This document shows, piece after piece, positions 9,854 to 19,908 of a stretch of 64,000 nucleotides of DNA. Made by a program: the position numbers and the translations under genes. The notes under the pieces are model-generated. The model was given only the letters and a program-made list of their open reading frames with translations. It had not been told where the DNA came from and searched no databases. The stretch covers positions 608,001-672,000 of the forward strand of contig OZ242184.1 of assembly GCA_965205855.1 (NCBI GenBank). The letters run 5' to 3'. The DNA comes from Thermodesulfobacteriota bacterium. GTDB taxonomy: Bacteria; Desulfobacterota_D; UBA1144; Nemesobacterales; Mycalebacteriaceae. Each line of letters opens with the position of its first letter. The first letter of the stretch is position 1.

Positions 9854-11010
9854 TAAACTTTGTCCGAAACAAAGGAGAGGATTTGCAAAACCCTTTCCTC
9901 CCATGTGTATTTGCGGACTTCTTCCCTTGCACGCCGCGCAATCCTGCCGGAAAACTCCGCATCGCCGAGACAGCGGCGCATTGCTTTTGCGAGCCCCTCC
10001 CGGTCGCCGGGAGCCGCTATCACGGAATTTTCGCCGTCTTTTAGCACTTCAAGCACTGTCGAAATTCCCGTTGACACTATCGGTTTTCCGGCCGCCATAT
10101 ATTCAAACAGTTTCATTGGCGAGGTGAACTCCGCGGCTTTGGTTCCCCCTTTTATCGTTATCCGCTCCGTGTAGGGAAGCGTAAGAATATCGGCAGCTAG
10201 AAGATAAAGCGGAACTTGCGCGTGTGGGACAAAGCCCTTTACGACAAAGTTTTCAAGGCCCTTCTTTTTTGCGGCTTCAATATATGGCGCGTTGTCAGCT
10301 TCCAGTCCACCGACAACAAGAAAGACCGCGTCTTTTATCTCTTCCGCAGTTTCCACAAGGCTCTCAATTCCTCTGCCGGCATAGGTGTTTCCGCAATAAC
10401 AGATAATCGGCCTGTCCGAGGGGAGCCCGAGTTGTTTTCTTATCTCCCGCGGCGAAGGCCGGTTGTTGAAGTCCTCTGTCTCAACCCCGTTGTGAGCCAC
10501 AACGGTTTTTGCCCTGTCAAGCCCGTTTCTGAGATATATACCGCGCAACCCCTCGGTGTTGAACGAGACCGCAGCCAGAGAGCGGGAGTTCTGAAATGAT
10601 TGAAAAAACTTCCGCGTCGCCGGGTTTACGGGTGGATGGTGAGCGTCGTAAACGGTCGGAAACCCTCCGGCCCTTGTGAGGATTGACGCGCAAATTATGT
10701 TTCGAGTCAGAACGAGGTCAAATTTTCTTTTGTTCAAAAGCGCGTACAACGCCGAGGAAACACCGTGAGTGAGCTGTCTTCCCTTGTACTTGGTAAAAGG
10801 CAGGGATGTGAGACGGAAAGGTTTTTTCACCGCGTAGTATTCAAAAATATCCTCGCATGCGAATCGTCCCGGAACCACGGCTTCAAACTCGATGCCGAGC
10901 TTGTCCATCGCTTTGCACATCTCCACCGCGTGCACGGCATAAGCTCCTTTGGAAAAAAACTCAGGGCTCGCTATGTAGCAGATTCGCAGTGACTTAGGGT
11001 TTGCCCGCAT
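9853..11010 (-). CDS. Glycosyltransferase family 4 (GT-B)
   Basis: HNGV and SPMKLFEYMAAGKPIV motifs. Confidence 0.9.
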   Translation of the reverse strand: MRANPKSLRICYIASPEFFSKGAYAVHAVEMCKAMDKLGIEFEAVVPGRFACEDIFEYYAVKKPFRLTSLPFTKYKGRQLTHGVSSALYALLNKRKFDLVLTRNIICASILTRAGGFPTVYDAHHPPVNPATRKFFQSFQNSRSLAAVSFNTEGLRGIYLRNGLDRAKTVVAHNGVETEDFNNRPSPREIRKQLGLPSDRPIICYCGNTYAGRGIESLVETAEEIKDAVFLVVGGLEADNAPYIEAAKKKGLENFVVKGFVPHAQVPLYLLAADILTLPYTERITIKGGTKAAEFTSPMKLFEYMAAGKPIVSTGISTVLEVLKDGENSVIAAPGDREGLAKAMRRCLGDAEFSGRIARRAREEVRKYTWEERVLQILSFVSDKV

Positions 11011-11104
11011 TGAAGGAGAAACAACGGAAAATTGGAAGCAACACTATTTTACCGCTATAATCAGGGACGGTCAAACCGCCCTTTTTTCAGTTCCGTATCG
11101 GCAA

Positions 11105-12400
11105 ATGTCCAAAACCGGCGTTAAATCAATAAGAGGCTTCGCTGATATCCTTCCGGAGCATTCCCGGCTGTGGAATTTTACGGAACAGACCGCCGCCAGG
11201 GTGTTTGCTTTTTACGGGTTCTCTCAAATAAGAACCCCCGTTCTGGAATTTACGGACATATACGCAAGGGGGATTGGCGCATCCACCGAGATTGTGGAAA
11301 AGGAGATGTATTCGTTTCAGGACAGAGATGGGTCTGATATCACTCTCCGCCCCGAAGGCACCGCCGGGGTTGTCAGGTCGTTTGTTGAAAACTCCATGCA
11401 CAAATCCGCTCAAATTCAAAAGCTTTACTATTCGGGCGAAATGTTCAGGCACGAAAGGCCCCAGAAGGGGAGAATGAGAGGATTTCATCAGATTGGTGCC
11501 GAGTTTTTCGGCTCGGATTCGGCTTCGGCGGACTGTGAAATGATAACAATGCTCTGGCATTTTTTCACAGAAGCGGGCCTTGCAGACAGTGTGGAGATGG
11601 AGATAAACTCCATTGGAACACCGGATGACAGAGACGATTTCAATCGTGCCCTCGGAGATTTTTTGAAACCGTTTCTCGGCCAGCTTTGTGATGATTGCGT
11701 AAGAAGGGCGAGGCGTAATCCCCTCAGGGTGATTGACTGTAAAAAACCCGATTGCGCGGAGATTGTTAAGAACGCTCCCGTGATGTCGGAATTTCTTTCC
11801 CCTGAAAACTCCCGCCATTTTGAGGAAGTCAAAAGACTGCTCGGGAAGGTTTCGGTTCCCTTCAAGGTTAATGCAAAGATAGTCAGAGGTCTGGACTATT
11901 ACACGCGCACGGTTTTTGAGGTGAAGGCAAAGAAAGGGCTCGGAGCTCAGAACGCGGTCGCCGCCGGAGGAAGATACGACCTTTTGGTCGAGGCTTTTGG
12001 AGGCCCTCCCACACCGGCGACCGGTTTTGCCATCGGGGTTGAGAGAGTGGTTCTTTTGTTTGAGAACAACAGAATCCGGCGCGGGCCGGACTGTACCGAA
12101 GTATTTGCGGGATGGATAGGCGAGGGTTGCTTTGACGAAACGTTTGCACTGTCGGCGAGGTTGAGAAAGCGCGGAATAGGGGTATGGATTGAACATTCCG
12201 GTTCCGGAATAAAAAGCCAGATGAAAAAGGCGGACAAATCAGGCGCGCGTACTATGGTGATAATAGGGCCGAACGAGATGAGCCGCGGGGTGGTGAAGAT
12301 AAGGGATATGAAAACCGGCGGCGAGAGGGATTTGCCCGCCTCTTCAGCCGCGGAAGAAATTGTCCGAACCATTGAGTACGCCCGCGGGACAGTTCAGTGA
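11105..12400 (+). CDS. hisS: Histidine--tRNA ligase
   Basis: LRPEGTAG, FRHERPQKGR, VRGLDYY, GGRYD, GFAIGVER. Confidence 0.97.
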   Translation: MSKTGVKSIRGFADILPEHSRLWNFTEQTAARVFAFYGFSQIRTPVLEFTDIYARGIGASTEIVEKEMYSFQDRDGSDITLRPEGTAGVVRSFVENSMHKSAQIQKLYYSGEMFRHERPQKGRMRGFHQIGAEFFGSDSASADCEMITMLWHFFTEAGLADSVEMEINSIGTPDDRDDFNRALGDFLKPFLGQLCDDCVRRARRNPLRVIDCKKPDCAEIVKNAPVMSEFLSPENSRHFEEVKRLLGKVSVPFKVNAKIVRGLDYYTRTVFEVKAKKGLGAQNAVAAGGRYDLLVEAFGGPPTPATGFAIGVERVVLLFENNRIRRGPDCTEVFAGWIGEGCFDETFALSARLRKRGIGVWIEHSGSGIKSQMKKADKSGARTMVIIGPNEMSRGVVKIRDMKTGGERDLPASSAAEEIVRTIEYARGTVQ

Positions 12401-13635
12401 TTGGCCGCAACATTCATTACGGATGGGTTATTGTCGCGGCCGCGTTCTGCCTTATATTTCTTGACGGTCTTCTCCTTTATACCTTTGGCATTTTCAAACC
12501 GCATGTAAGAGAGAGTGTGAAACTTTCGGAGACGGTTGTGGCGTCAATTTTTTCATTGCGTTGCATTACTCTGGCCTTCTCAATGCCCCTTGCCGGAAAA
12601 CTCGCCGAGAGATATGAGCCCAAGTGGCTGATTGTTGCGGGCGGGGCGCTTGCGGCCACCGGGGTTTTTCTTGCCGGGCGCGCGGATACAATCACGGAGC
12701 TTTATATTTTCTTCGGAGTTATGGTGGGGCTTGGAGACGGCGCGTTCTACACGCTTCCGGTCGCGATAATAAGCAGATGGTTTAAAAAAAACAGGGCTCT
12801 TGCCATAGGCATAGCCACAACGGGTCTTCCCGTGAGCGGGCTGATACTCTCGCCTTTGAGCGCGTGGCTTATCTATTCCTACGGACTTCAGAGCGCTTTT
12901 TCCTCAATTGCCATAATGATATTCGCCATATCGCTTTTCGGTTTTCTTCTCAGGAAAGACCCGGCGGAAATCGGACAGGTCCCCATTGGCGCCGATTCAG
13001 GAGAAATTCCCGGCGATGCTTCGGTCGCAATCAGTGTGAAAGCGCTTGACGCAATACGCCACCGCGACTTCTGGATGTTGTATATGATTTTCTGGGCGGG
13101 TTTTAACACTTTCCTGATAGTGGTTGTCAACCTCTATCATTTCTCAGTGGATTCGGGTCTCAGCACTGTGGCGGCGGCTATTCCTCCCGCCTTAATCGGG
13201 GTGGGCAGTATATTCGGACGCATATTTTTTTCGGGATATGTTCTGAGGTTTTTCAATGAGCAAAAAGTTTTGCGTATCTGTTATTTTTTTCAGGCGTCCA
13301 CAATTCTGCTGATTCTGTTTTTCGGCGGCACGTGGGCTTTTTACCTGTTCGGTTTTCTGTTCGGTTTTTTCTACAGCGGCTGGGTTCCAATCTTTCCGAT
13401 AATTCTTGCAAACCTCTACGGGCTCAGGGAACTCGGAACCATATTCGGTTTTTTCGGTAGCGGTTTTTCACTTGCCGCGCTTACAGGGCCCATAATTGTC
13501 GGAACTCTTCTGGATAGCACCGGAAGTTACACTATAATGTTCGCTGTTGCGGCGATTTTCTGTCTGTGCGCGACCGCAATGACCTTTCTTATGAAACCCT
13601 CGCCGGGGAGAGTCTCAAGCGAGGTTGGAACCTGA
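12397..13635 (+). CDS. MFS transporter (monocarboxylate/OFA-like)
   Basis: About 12 hydrophobic segments; YGWVIV N-terminus; WFKKNRALAIG motif. Confidence 0.88.
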   Translation: MIGRNIHYGWVIVAAAFCLIFLDGLLLYTFGIFKPHVRESVKLSETVVASIFSLRCITLAFSMPLAGKLAERYEPKWLIVAGGALAATGVFLAGRADTITELYIFFGVMVGLGDGAFYTLPVAIISRWFKKNRALAIGIATTGLPVSGLILSPLSAWLIYSYGLQSAFSSIAIMIFAISLFGFLLRKDPAEIGQVPIGADSGEIPGDASVAISVKALDAIRHRDFWMLYMIFWAGFNTFLIVVVNLYHFSVDSGLSTVAAAIPPALIGVGSIFGRIFFSGYVLRFFNEQKVLRICYFFQASTILLILFFGGTWAFYLFGFLFGFFYSGWVPIFPIILANLYGLRELGTIFGFFGSGFSLAALTGPIIVGTLLDSTGSYTIMFAVAAIFCLCATAMTFLMKPSPGRVSSEVGT

Positions 13636-13636
13636 T

Positions 13637-13858
13637 ATGTTCGGCATAGGCGTAGGGGAAATACTCATAGTTTGTCTGGTCGCAATTGTGTTTTTCGGGC
13701 CGGACGATTTTGTTAAACTGACGCGCTTTGCCGCCAAAGGGCTTAGGGAATTCAGGGTTCTCAAACAGGATTTGAAAGACAGCGTTGACAGAACTCTCGA
13801 CACCGATGCGCGGCGTGGAAAAGCGAAACCCGACAGCGAAGGCGGAGACAACTCATAG
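13637..13858 (+). CDS. TatA/TatB-family twin-arginine translocase subunit
   Basis: MFGIGVGE...FFGP hinge followed by an amphipathic helix. Confidence 0.8.
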   Translation: MFGIGVGEILIVCLVAIVFFGPDDFVKLTRFAAKGLREFRVLKQDLKDSVDRTLDTDARRGKAKPDSEGGDNS

Positions 13859-13988
13859 CTTCCGCCATGAACGGAAAGCGCCAGTTTGCGTATTCGTCTC
13901 TTTCTGATACATTTGAACCCGTGCGTTTTTCCGTGTGGAAAAAACTTCTTTTTCTCTCCATTCTTCCGGTTGGTGAAAGTTATTAACG

Positions 13989-15599
13989 ATGCCCAGATTT
14001 GTCATTGACGGCAAGGAAACAGAGGTTGAAGAAGGCATTAACCTGATTGACGCCGCCGAGCGAATCGGTGTGCAGATACCGCATTTCTGTTACCATCCCG
14101 CGCTCAGTACGGTTGCCCAGTGCAGGCAGTGTCTTGTGGAAATAAAGGGCATTCCCAAGGTTATGCCGGCGTGCAATACCTTTCCTCTGGACGGGATGAA
14201 GGTTTACACAAATTCCGAAAAAGCCGTTGCCGCCCGGCGCGCGACCGTTGAGTTCACCCTTATAAACCATCCGCTTGACTGCCCTATTTGCGACAAAGGG
14301 GGAGAATGTCCGCTTCAGATGACCGCGGTTGCTCATGGCAGGCATTACGGCAGGGTTGAATCGCCCGAGCAGAAAAAGGTCAGGAAAAAATACTATCTCG
14401 GAGAGAAAATAGTTTACGACCCCAACCGTTGCATAATGTGCACAAGGTGTGTGCGCTTTACGGACGAAGTTACGAAAACCGGCGAACTCGGTTTTGACAA
14501 CAGGGGCTTTCGCAAAAAAATAGCGGTTTTTCCCGGCAGAGAACTCAACAACGAGATGTCTGGCAATGTAATAGATTTGTGTCCCGTCGGCGCTCTGCTT
14601 TCCTCGGAAACTCTTCACAGAGAGAGAGTCTGGTATATGAAGTTTACCGACACCGTTTGCCCTCTTTGCAGCAACGGTTGCAACATAACGGTTGGTGCGA
14701 ATCTGCGCGAGGGAAGAATGATGAGGGTGCGTCCCAGAATCAACAAGGAAGTCAACGGACACTGGATATGCGACAGGGGCAGATTTGAGTTCGGCGATAT
14801 CCAGACACCGGAGAAAAGACTCACGCAGCCCATAAAAAAAGACGGGGACGGGGGATACCGGCACACCTCATGGGAAGAAGCCGCCGGGGATTTCCGCGCC
14901 GCTTTCGGCGAGGTGGTAAACTCTCCGGCTTTTGCCTGCTCCGCCATACTTACAAACGAGGAGTTGTATCTTCTTTTGAAATTGTCCGAAACCTTCGGCG
15001 CCTCAAATTTTATCTGTAAAACGGCCTCGCACGAAAGTGAGAAGAAATTCGGCCTTATCAGTTCCGACCCGTTTCCCAATAGTGCCGGCGCCGGAGATTT
15101 GGGAATCAAATCCGGTGCGGATGAGATTGAAAAATTTATGGACGACCTTATTTCGGGAAAGACGGATTCAATGTTTGTCGCTCACCAAGACATATTCCGG
15201 TTCGGCTCAAAGCATTCGGAGAGCGAGATAGCGCAAGCGCTTTCGCGCCTGAAATTTCTCGCCGTAATGGACACCCGCCTTACACCCACGGCACGGTTTG
15301 CCCGGCTCATACTTCCAGGCGCTACCCCGTATGAGAAAGATGGAACCTTTACAAATGACCGGGGCAGGGTTCAGAGAATCAGAAAAGCCCTTGACCCGCC
15401 GGGGGAGGCGAAGCAGGATTGGGAGGCGTTGAGACTTCTCGGCGGCTCAAAGCCGGAGCAGTTCTTCTACACATCTCCGGCGGAGATAATGGGAGAGATT
15501 TCAACAAAATTCAAGCCGTATGAATCAATGGACTACGATTTGATAGATTTTCTCGGTATTGGAAGGAAGGGCGATGTCCCCGGACAGTCAGCTTTTTGA
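13989..15599 (+). CDS. nuoG: NADH:quinone oxidoreductase subunit G (short form)
   Basis: IPHFCYHP, CRQCLVE, NHPLDCPICDKGGECPLQ, CIMCTRCVRF, DLCPVGAL, CPLCSNGC. Confidence 0.88.
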   Translation: MPRFVIDGKETEVEEGINLIDAAERIGVQIPHFCYHPALSTVAQCRQCLVEIKGIPKVMPACNTFPLDGMKVYTNSEKAVAARRATVEFTLINHPLDCPICDKGGECPLQMTAVAHGRHYGRVESPEQKKVRKKYYLGEKIVYDPNRCIMCTRCVRFTDEVTKTGELGFDNRGFRKKIAVFPGRELNNEMSGNVIDLCPVGALLSSETLHRERVWYMKFTDTVCPLCSNGCNITVGANLREGRMMRVRPRINKEVNGHWICDRGRFEFGDIQTPEKRLTQPIKKDGDGGYRHTSWEEAAGDFRAAFGEVVNSPAFACSAILTNEELYLLLKLSETFGASNFICKTASHESEKKFGLISSDPFPNSAGAGDLGIKSGADEIEKFMDDLISGKTDSMFVAHQDIFRFGSKHSESEIAQALSRLKFLAVMDTRLTPTARFARLILPGATPYEKDGTFTNDRGRVQRIRKALDPPGEAKQDWEALRLLGGSKPEQFFYTSPAEIMGEISTKFKPYESMDYDLIDFLGIGRKGDVPGQSAF

Positions 15600-16635
15600 G
15601 TGGGCGGTTGCCGCCGTTAAGTCGGGCATTCTTCTTGGCGCGGTGCTGACAGCGGTTGCCTACCTTACTTACGCCGAAAGGCGGGTGAGCGCGCTTATCC
15701 AATACAGGCTCGGCCCCAACAGGGTGGGTCCATTCGGTCTGTTGCAGCCCCTTGCGGACGGAATCAAGTTTATATTCAAAGAGGACATCGTTCCTGCCGG
15801 AGCGAATAAGACCATCTATTCCATCGCCCCGGCTTTTTCTTTGGTTACCGCACTTGCCGCGCTTGCGGTGATACCGATAGGGCGGGGTTTTGAGACCGAT
15901 TTGATGGGTTTTCTAAGCACTCCGGCCTTTATAAGTTTTCAGATTGCGGACATAGACGCCGGTGTTCTGTATGTATTCGCCGTCGGTTCGCTCAGTGTGT
16001 ATGGGGTGATACTGGGTGGATGGGCTTCAAACAGCAAATACTCGCTTATCGGCGGCATCAGGGGAATCGCGCAGATGATCAGTTACGAGCTTTCCCTCGG
16101 TCTTTCCGTTATCGGGGTTTTTATGCTTGTCGGTTCGCTCAGGATAAACGACATAGTTGAGTATCAAAGTAGCGTCTGGCTGATTTTCCCTCAGTTTGTT
16201 GGTTTTATTGTTTTTCTCATTTCTTCTTTTGCCGAGACAAACCGGCTTCCTTTTGACCTTCCCGAAGCCGAGACGGAGATTGTGGGCGGTTATCACACCG
16301 AATACAGCGGGATGAAGTTCGCGATGTTTTTCATGGCGGAATACACTCATATGATAGTCGCATCGTGCCTAATAACCGCTCTTTATCTGGGCGGTTGGTA
16401 TCCTCTTCCGTTTGTGGGATGGGGCGGGATTGACATTGACACGCATTGGTATCTGCCGCCGGTTGTTTTTCTCGGCAAAGTCGCGGCGGTGCTTTTTTTC
16501 TTTATTTGGGTAAGGTGGATGCTTCCGAGACTCAGATCGGATCAGGTTATGAAATTCGGCTGGAAGGTGCTTCTGCCGCTTTCAGTCGCCAACATAGCAG
16601 CAACGGCTGTGTTTGAGGCTTTTAGAAACGGGTGA
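15574..16635 (+). CDS. nuoH: NADH:quinone oxidoreductase subunit H
   Basis: RLGPNRVGPFGLLQPLADGIK, AETNRLPFDLPEAE, GYHTEYSG. Confidence 0.97.
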   Translation: MSPDSQLFEWAVAAVKSGILLGAVLTAVAYLTYAERRVSALIQYRLGPNRVGPFGLLQPLADGIKFIFKEDIVPAGANKTIYSIAPAFSLVTALAALAVIPIGRGFETDLMGFLSTPAFISFQIADIDAGVLYVFAVGSLSVYGVILGGWASNSKYSLIGGIRGIAQMISYELSLGLSVIGVFMLVGSLRINDIVEYQSSVWLIFPQFVGFIVFLISSFAETNRLPFDLPEAETEIVGGYHTEYSGMKFAMFFMAEYTHMIVASCLITALYLGGWYPLPFVGWGGIDIDTHWYLPPVVFLGKVAAVLFFFIWVRWMLPRLRSDQVMKFGWKVLLPLSVANIAATAVFEAFRNG

Positions 16636-17582
16636 AAAAAATTGCTGTAATCGGTGCGGGCGCAGTCGGGCTTTACTACGGCGCACGTCTTGCGCAAGCC
16701 GGGCACGAAGTCCATTTCCTTATGCGGCGCGATTTTGACACCGCCGTGAAAAACGGTCTGTCTGTTGAGAGCAAAGACGGGGATTTTAGAATAGACAAAC
16801 CGCTTGTCCATCGCACAAGCCGGGAAATCGGCGAGGTTGATTGGGTTGTTTGTGCTTTGAAGTCAACTGCCGCGGAGTCTGCCCGCGAGCTTGTGGAGCC
16901 GGTCGCAGGCAGCCGCGGGCGTCTGCTTGTTTTTATGAACGGCATAGGTCTTGAGGAGCGTTTTTCAAAATGGTTTCCCGCCGAAAGAATATTTACGGCA
17001 ATCGCGTTTACATGCATAAACAGGGGCGAGCCGGGAACTGTCCGCCACTTGGACTACGGAGCTGTTACGGTCGGGCATTTTCTCAATGAGGAGGAAAAAA
17101 TCAAAGAGGCGGCGGAGCTTTGGCGCGGGGCGAAGGTTACGGTCGGCGTAACCGGCAATTTTCTCAAAGACCGCTGGATAAAGCAGTGCTGGAATGTTCC
17201 GTTCAGCGGGCTTGGGGTTCTTTGCGGTGGCAAGACGACACGGTTTATTCTCGAGAACGCCGCGCTTCGCCGGCAGGTTGAGAGTATTCAGCGCGAGGTT
17301 GTTGAAACGGCAAACGCGGATTTGCGGTCGGCAGGGTTTGCGGAAACAATTGATGCAGATTTCACCGTGCGGGACATGATTGAAAAAACCGAGGAGATGG
17401 AAGACTACAGCTCAAGCACGATTCTGGATTTTCTCGCGGGCAGGCAAATGGAGATTGACGCGATATTTTCCGAAACCGCGCGGCGGGCCGAAAAACACGG
17501 CGTTGCCGCGCCGGGAATAAAGATGCTTGCCGCGCTTCTTGAATCTATTGAAAGCAAAAAAAAGGGAGTAATTACACAATGA
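16632..17582 (+). CDS. panE: 2-dehydropantoate 2-reductase
   Basis: GAGAVG Rossmann motif, ALKS, MNG, SSTILD...MEID. Confidence 0.85.
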   Translation: MKKIAVIGAGAVGLYYGARLAQAGHEVHFLMRRDFDTAVKNGLSVESKDGDFRIDKPLVHRTSREIGEVDWVVCALKSTAAESARELVEPVAGSRGRLLVFMNGIGLEERFSKWFPAERIFTAIAFTCINRGEPGTVRHLDYGAVTVGHFLNEEEKIKEAAELWRGAKVTVGVTGNFLKDRWIKQCWNVPFSGLGVLCGGKTTRFILENAALRRQVESIQREVVETANADLRSAGFAETIDADFTVRDMIEKTEEMEDYSSSTILDFLAGRQMEIDAIFSETARRAEKHGVAAPGIKMLAALLESIESKKKGVITQ

Positions 17583-18307
17583 CGCAAAACATACAAAACA
17601 GGCTGATACTGGCTCTTGATTTTCCTTCAATAAGCACGGCTTCGGTTTTCGCGCTGGGTTGCATGGGAAAGGTCGGCGCTTACAAAGTCGGTCCCGTGAT
17701 TTTTTACGCGGAAGGTCCCAAGGTCATTGCTTGGCTTCAAGACAAATGTGGTGGTGGGGTTTTTCTTGACCTCAAGTTTCACGACATTCCCAGCACGGTC
17801 GCGGGCGCGGTTTCCCGCATATCGCGCCTTGGCGTTAATATGTTCACAGTCCATTCACTCGGGGGCGAAAAGATGATAAAAGCTGCGCTTGAGACGGCGC
17901 GCGAGGGAGCGGAGAAACTTGAATTGCGCAGGCCGAAAGTGATTGCCGTAACAGTTTTGACAAGCCACGATGAAAATGAGGCGAAAAAACTTTTCGGCGG
18001 GACGGATGTGGATTCCACAGTTCTCAAACTTGCCGAAACCGCCGAAAAAGGCGGCGCAGACGGGCTTGTGTGTTCGGGAAGGGAATTGCTTTTGTTGAAA
18101 AAAGAGTTTGGCGACAGGTTCAGATTTATTGTTCCCGGAGTGCGTCTTAAAAATTCGGATTCAAACGACCAGAGAAGGGTGGTAACGCCGAAAGAAGCGA
18201 TTGAAATGGGCGCGGATTATCTTGTGATTGGAAGAACGGTTACGCAGGCGGAGGATCCGGTGAAAGCGCTTGACAAAATTGGCGAAGAAATCGCTGGTAT
18301 GGGATGA
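17579..18307 (+). CDS. pyrF: Orotidine-5'-phosphate decarboxylase
   Basis: LALD, FLDLKFHDIPSTV, VTVLTS, VPGVR, DQRRV. Confidence 0.97.
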   Translation: MTQNIQNRLILALDFPSISTASVFALGCMGKVGAYKVGPVIFYAEGPKVIAWLQDKCGGGVFLDLKFHDIPSTVAGAVSRISRLGVNMFTVHSLGGEKMIKAALETAREGAEKLELRRPKVIAVTVLTSHDENEAKKLFGGTDVDSTVLKLAETAEKGGADGLVCSGRELLLLKKEFGDRFRFIVPGVRLKNSDSNDQRRVVTPKEAIEMGADYLVIGRTVTQAEDPVKALDKIGEEIAGMG

Positions 18308-18445
18308 ACACAAATGGTTGAGCAAAATGCGCAAACAGTTAAAAGGGCAAGGGTTTGTAATACGGATTGGTGCCTCCGGAGCCCTTTCAGGACAGAGCTG
18401 TAAATTGACAAGGCTATCTTCCTTCTGAAAGAGCCTTTAGGCGCG

Positions 18446-18838
18446 TCAAATTTTTCCGACCTCGCTCACTTTCCAACTCTCATCAACCCACAGTCCAATG
18501 ATTTCCATATTAGGATACCGCTCTTTCAGGGACTCCACCGCTTCTTTTGTATGCGCGATTTGCTCGTCTTTCGGCGCCGGATAACCGGCGCAATCGTGGT
18601 GACCGGCGACCGAGATGCCGACTGAATTGTGTTTTTTAACCGAGATTTGAACCCCTTGCAAAATCGCCTCAACTCTTTGCGTTTCTTTCCGCTCGGACAG
18701 AATCAGATTCGGCCCCGCTTCGGTAATGCAGTCAACATATTCCGCGTTGAACCTTTTTTGCAGATATTCAATCACCGGCAGTTGAATGCGTCCGTCTATA
18801 CAGTTTACGGCGGTGCAAAATTTTAACAGTTTGTTCAT
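18446..18838 (-). CDS. Putative minimal beta-class-like carbonic anhydrase
   Basis: Zn-ligand pattern CIDGR ... GHHDCAG. Confidence 0.7.
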   Translation of the reverse strand: MNKLLKFCTAVNCIDGRIQLPVIEYLQKRFNAEYVDCITEAGPNLILSERKETQRVEAILQGVQISVKKHNSVGISVAGHHDCAGYPAPKDEQIAHTKEAVESLKERYPNMEIIGLWVDESWKVSEVGKI

Positions 18839-19875
18839 CTTTTTTTCTCCCTGTCTGATTTTATCTCCGAAAGAGTTTTCAGCGAGAAATTTCTGTCGGG
18901 GCTGAAATCGCGGAAGATAAAGTGATTGACCCCGGCTTTTTCATATTCTCCGATTCTTTCCGCCACCTGTTTGGGAGTGCCGAAAATCACAAAATCCTCA
19001 AGCATTTCGCGCGTGTAGTATTTCTCTCCCATCTCCTTGAATTTTTGAATCATCTCCCGGTTCGTAGGCAGAACTTTTGTGTATGAGAGCCCTTTATATT
19101 TGTCGGCGATTTTAATGTCATAGCCCGCGTCCGCGAGGAGTTCCGGCCATATCAGCGCGTGTTTCACAGGCTCAATAGTCGCGTATGCATCGTCCGCACC
19201 GGGGGCGACCGAAACAAACATAAAAATACATTTTTCGAAATCCGTTTTCAGGGATTTTCCCCCGACCGTTTTCAGTTTTTGCGAAAACACCCTTGGCGGC
19301 ATGGCGTTTGTAACCCAACCGTCTCCCGTTTCTCCGGCGGTTTTAAGGGCTTTGGGTCCCGTCGCCGCGATGTAAATCGGAACCTTCCCGCTTTTTCCCT
19401 TCGGCGCGATTGCAAGTTTCGCTTTCTCAAGGCGGAAAAAACGCCCTTCAAAATCAGTTCTCTTTCCCGTCCACAGTTTTCTCATCACTTGCGCCGATTC
19501 TCTGAGCCGGGCGAGCGGGCTGTTCCATTCAATTCCGTAGGGGTCGGTGTTCATTCTTTCCCCGTAGCCGAGGCAGGCGAAAATTCTCCCGTCTGCAATT
19601 TGCGAAACAGTGGCAAGACGCTGGGCGAAAACCGCCGGATGCATCCGGTGCGGGTCGCCGATTGTTCCCATTAGTATTTTAGAAGTCACTCCCGCGGCGG
19701 CGGTAATCACAGACCACGCTTCGGGCGTTTCTCTGTCAGCGATAAAAACCACATGGTCGGGAATCCACAGAGAATCAAAACCGGCTTTTTCGCACTTTAC
19801 AATGAAATCCACAAGACCGGAGACCGAAGTTCCGGGAACAGGCGCGGTGATGCCGAATTTTGTTTTAACAGACAT
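18835..19875 (-). CDS. LLM-class flavin/F420-dependent oxidoreductase
   Basis: GFDSLWIPDH, HPAVFAQ, PIYIAATGPK, GDGW; ATG at 19875 lies 8 nt after a TACAAT box. Confidence 0.88.
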   Translation of the reverse strand: MSVKTKFGITAPVPGTSVSGLVDFIVKCEKAGFDSLWIPDHVVFIADRETPEAWSVITAAAGVTSKILMGTIGDPHRMHPAVFAQRLATVSQIADGRIFACLGYGERMNTDPYGIEWNSPLARLRESAQVMRKLWTGKRTDFEGRFFRLEKAKLAIAPKGKSGKVPIYIAATGPKALKTAGETGDGWVTNAMPPRVFSQKLKTVGGKSLKTDFEKCIFMFVSVAPGADDAYATIEPVKHALIWPELLADAGYDIKIADKYKGLSYTKVLPTNREMIQKFKEMGEKYYTREMLEDFVIFGTPKQVAERIGEYEKAGVNHFIFRDFSPDRNFSLKTLSEIKSDREKKR

Positions 19876-19908
19876 TGCCGTAAATTGTAACACAAGAGTT
19901 TTAACCTC

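Noticed and set aside
11063-11087. Terminator-like hairpin upstream of hisS as an attenuator
   Set aside because: The likely -10 box (TATAAT, 11056-11061) would start transcription inside the stem; no T-box or leader peptide is visible.
11126-14864. Long antisense ORFs (356 aa opposite hisS, 293 aa opposite nuoG)
   Set aside because: Shadow frames of well-supported genes with no recognisable motifs.
18308-18445. Alternative hairpins after pyrF as an ncRNA
   Set aside because: Short stems between convergent genes are adequately explained as termination signals.
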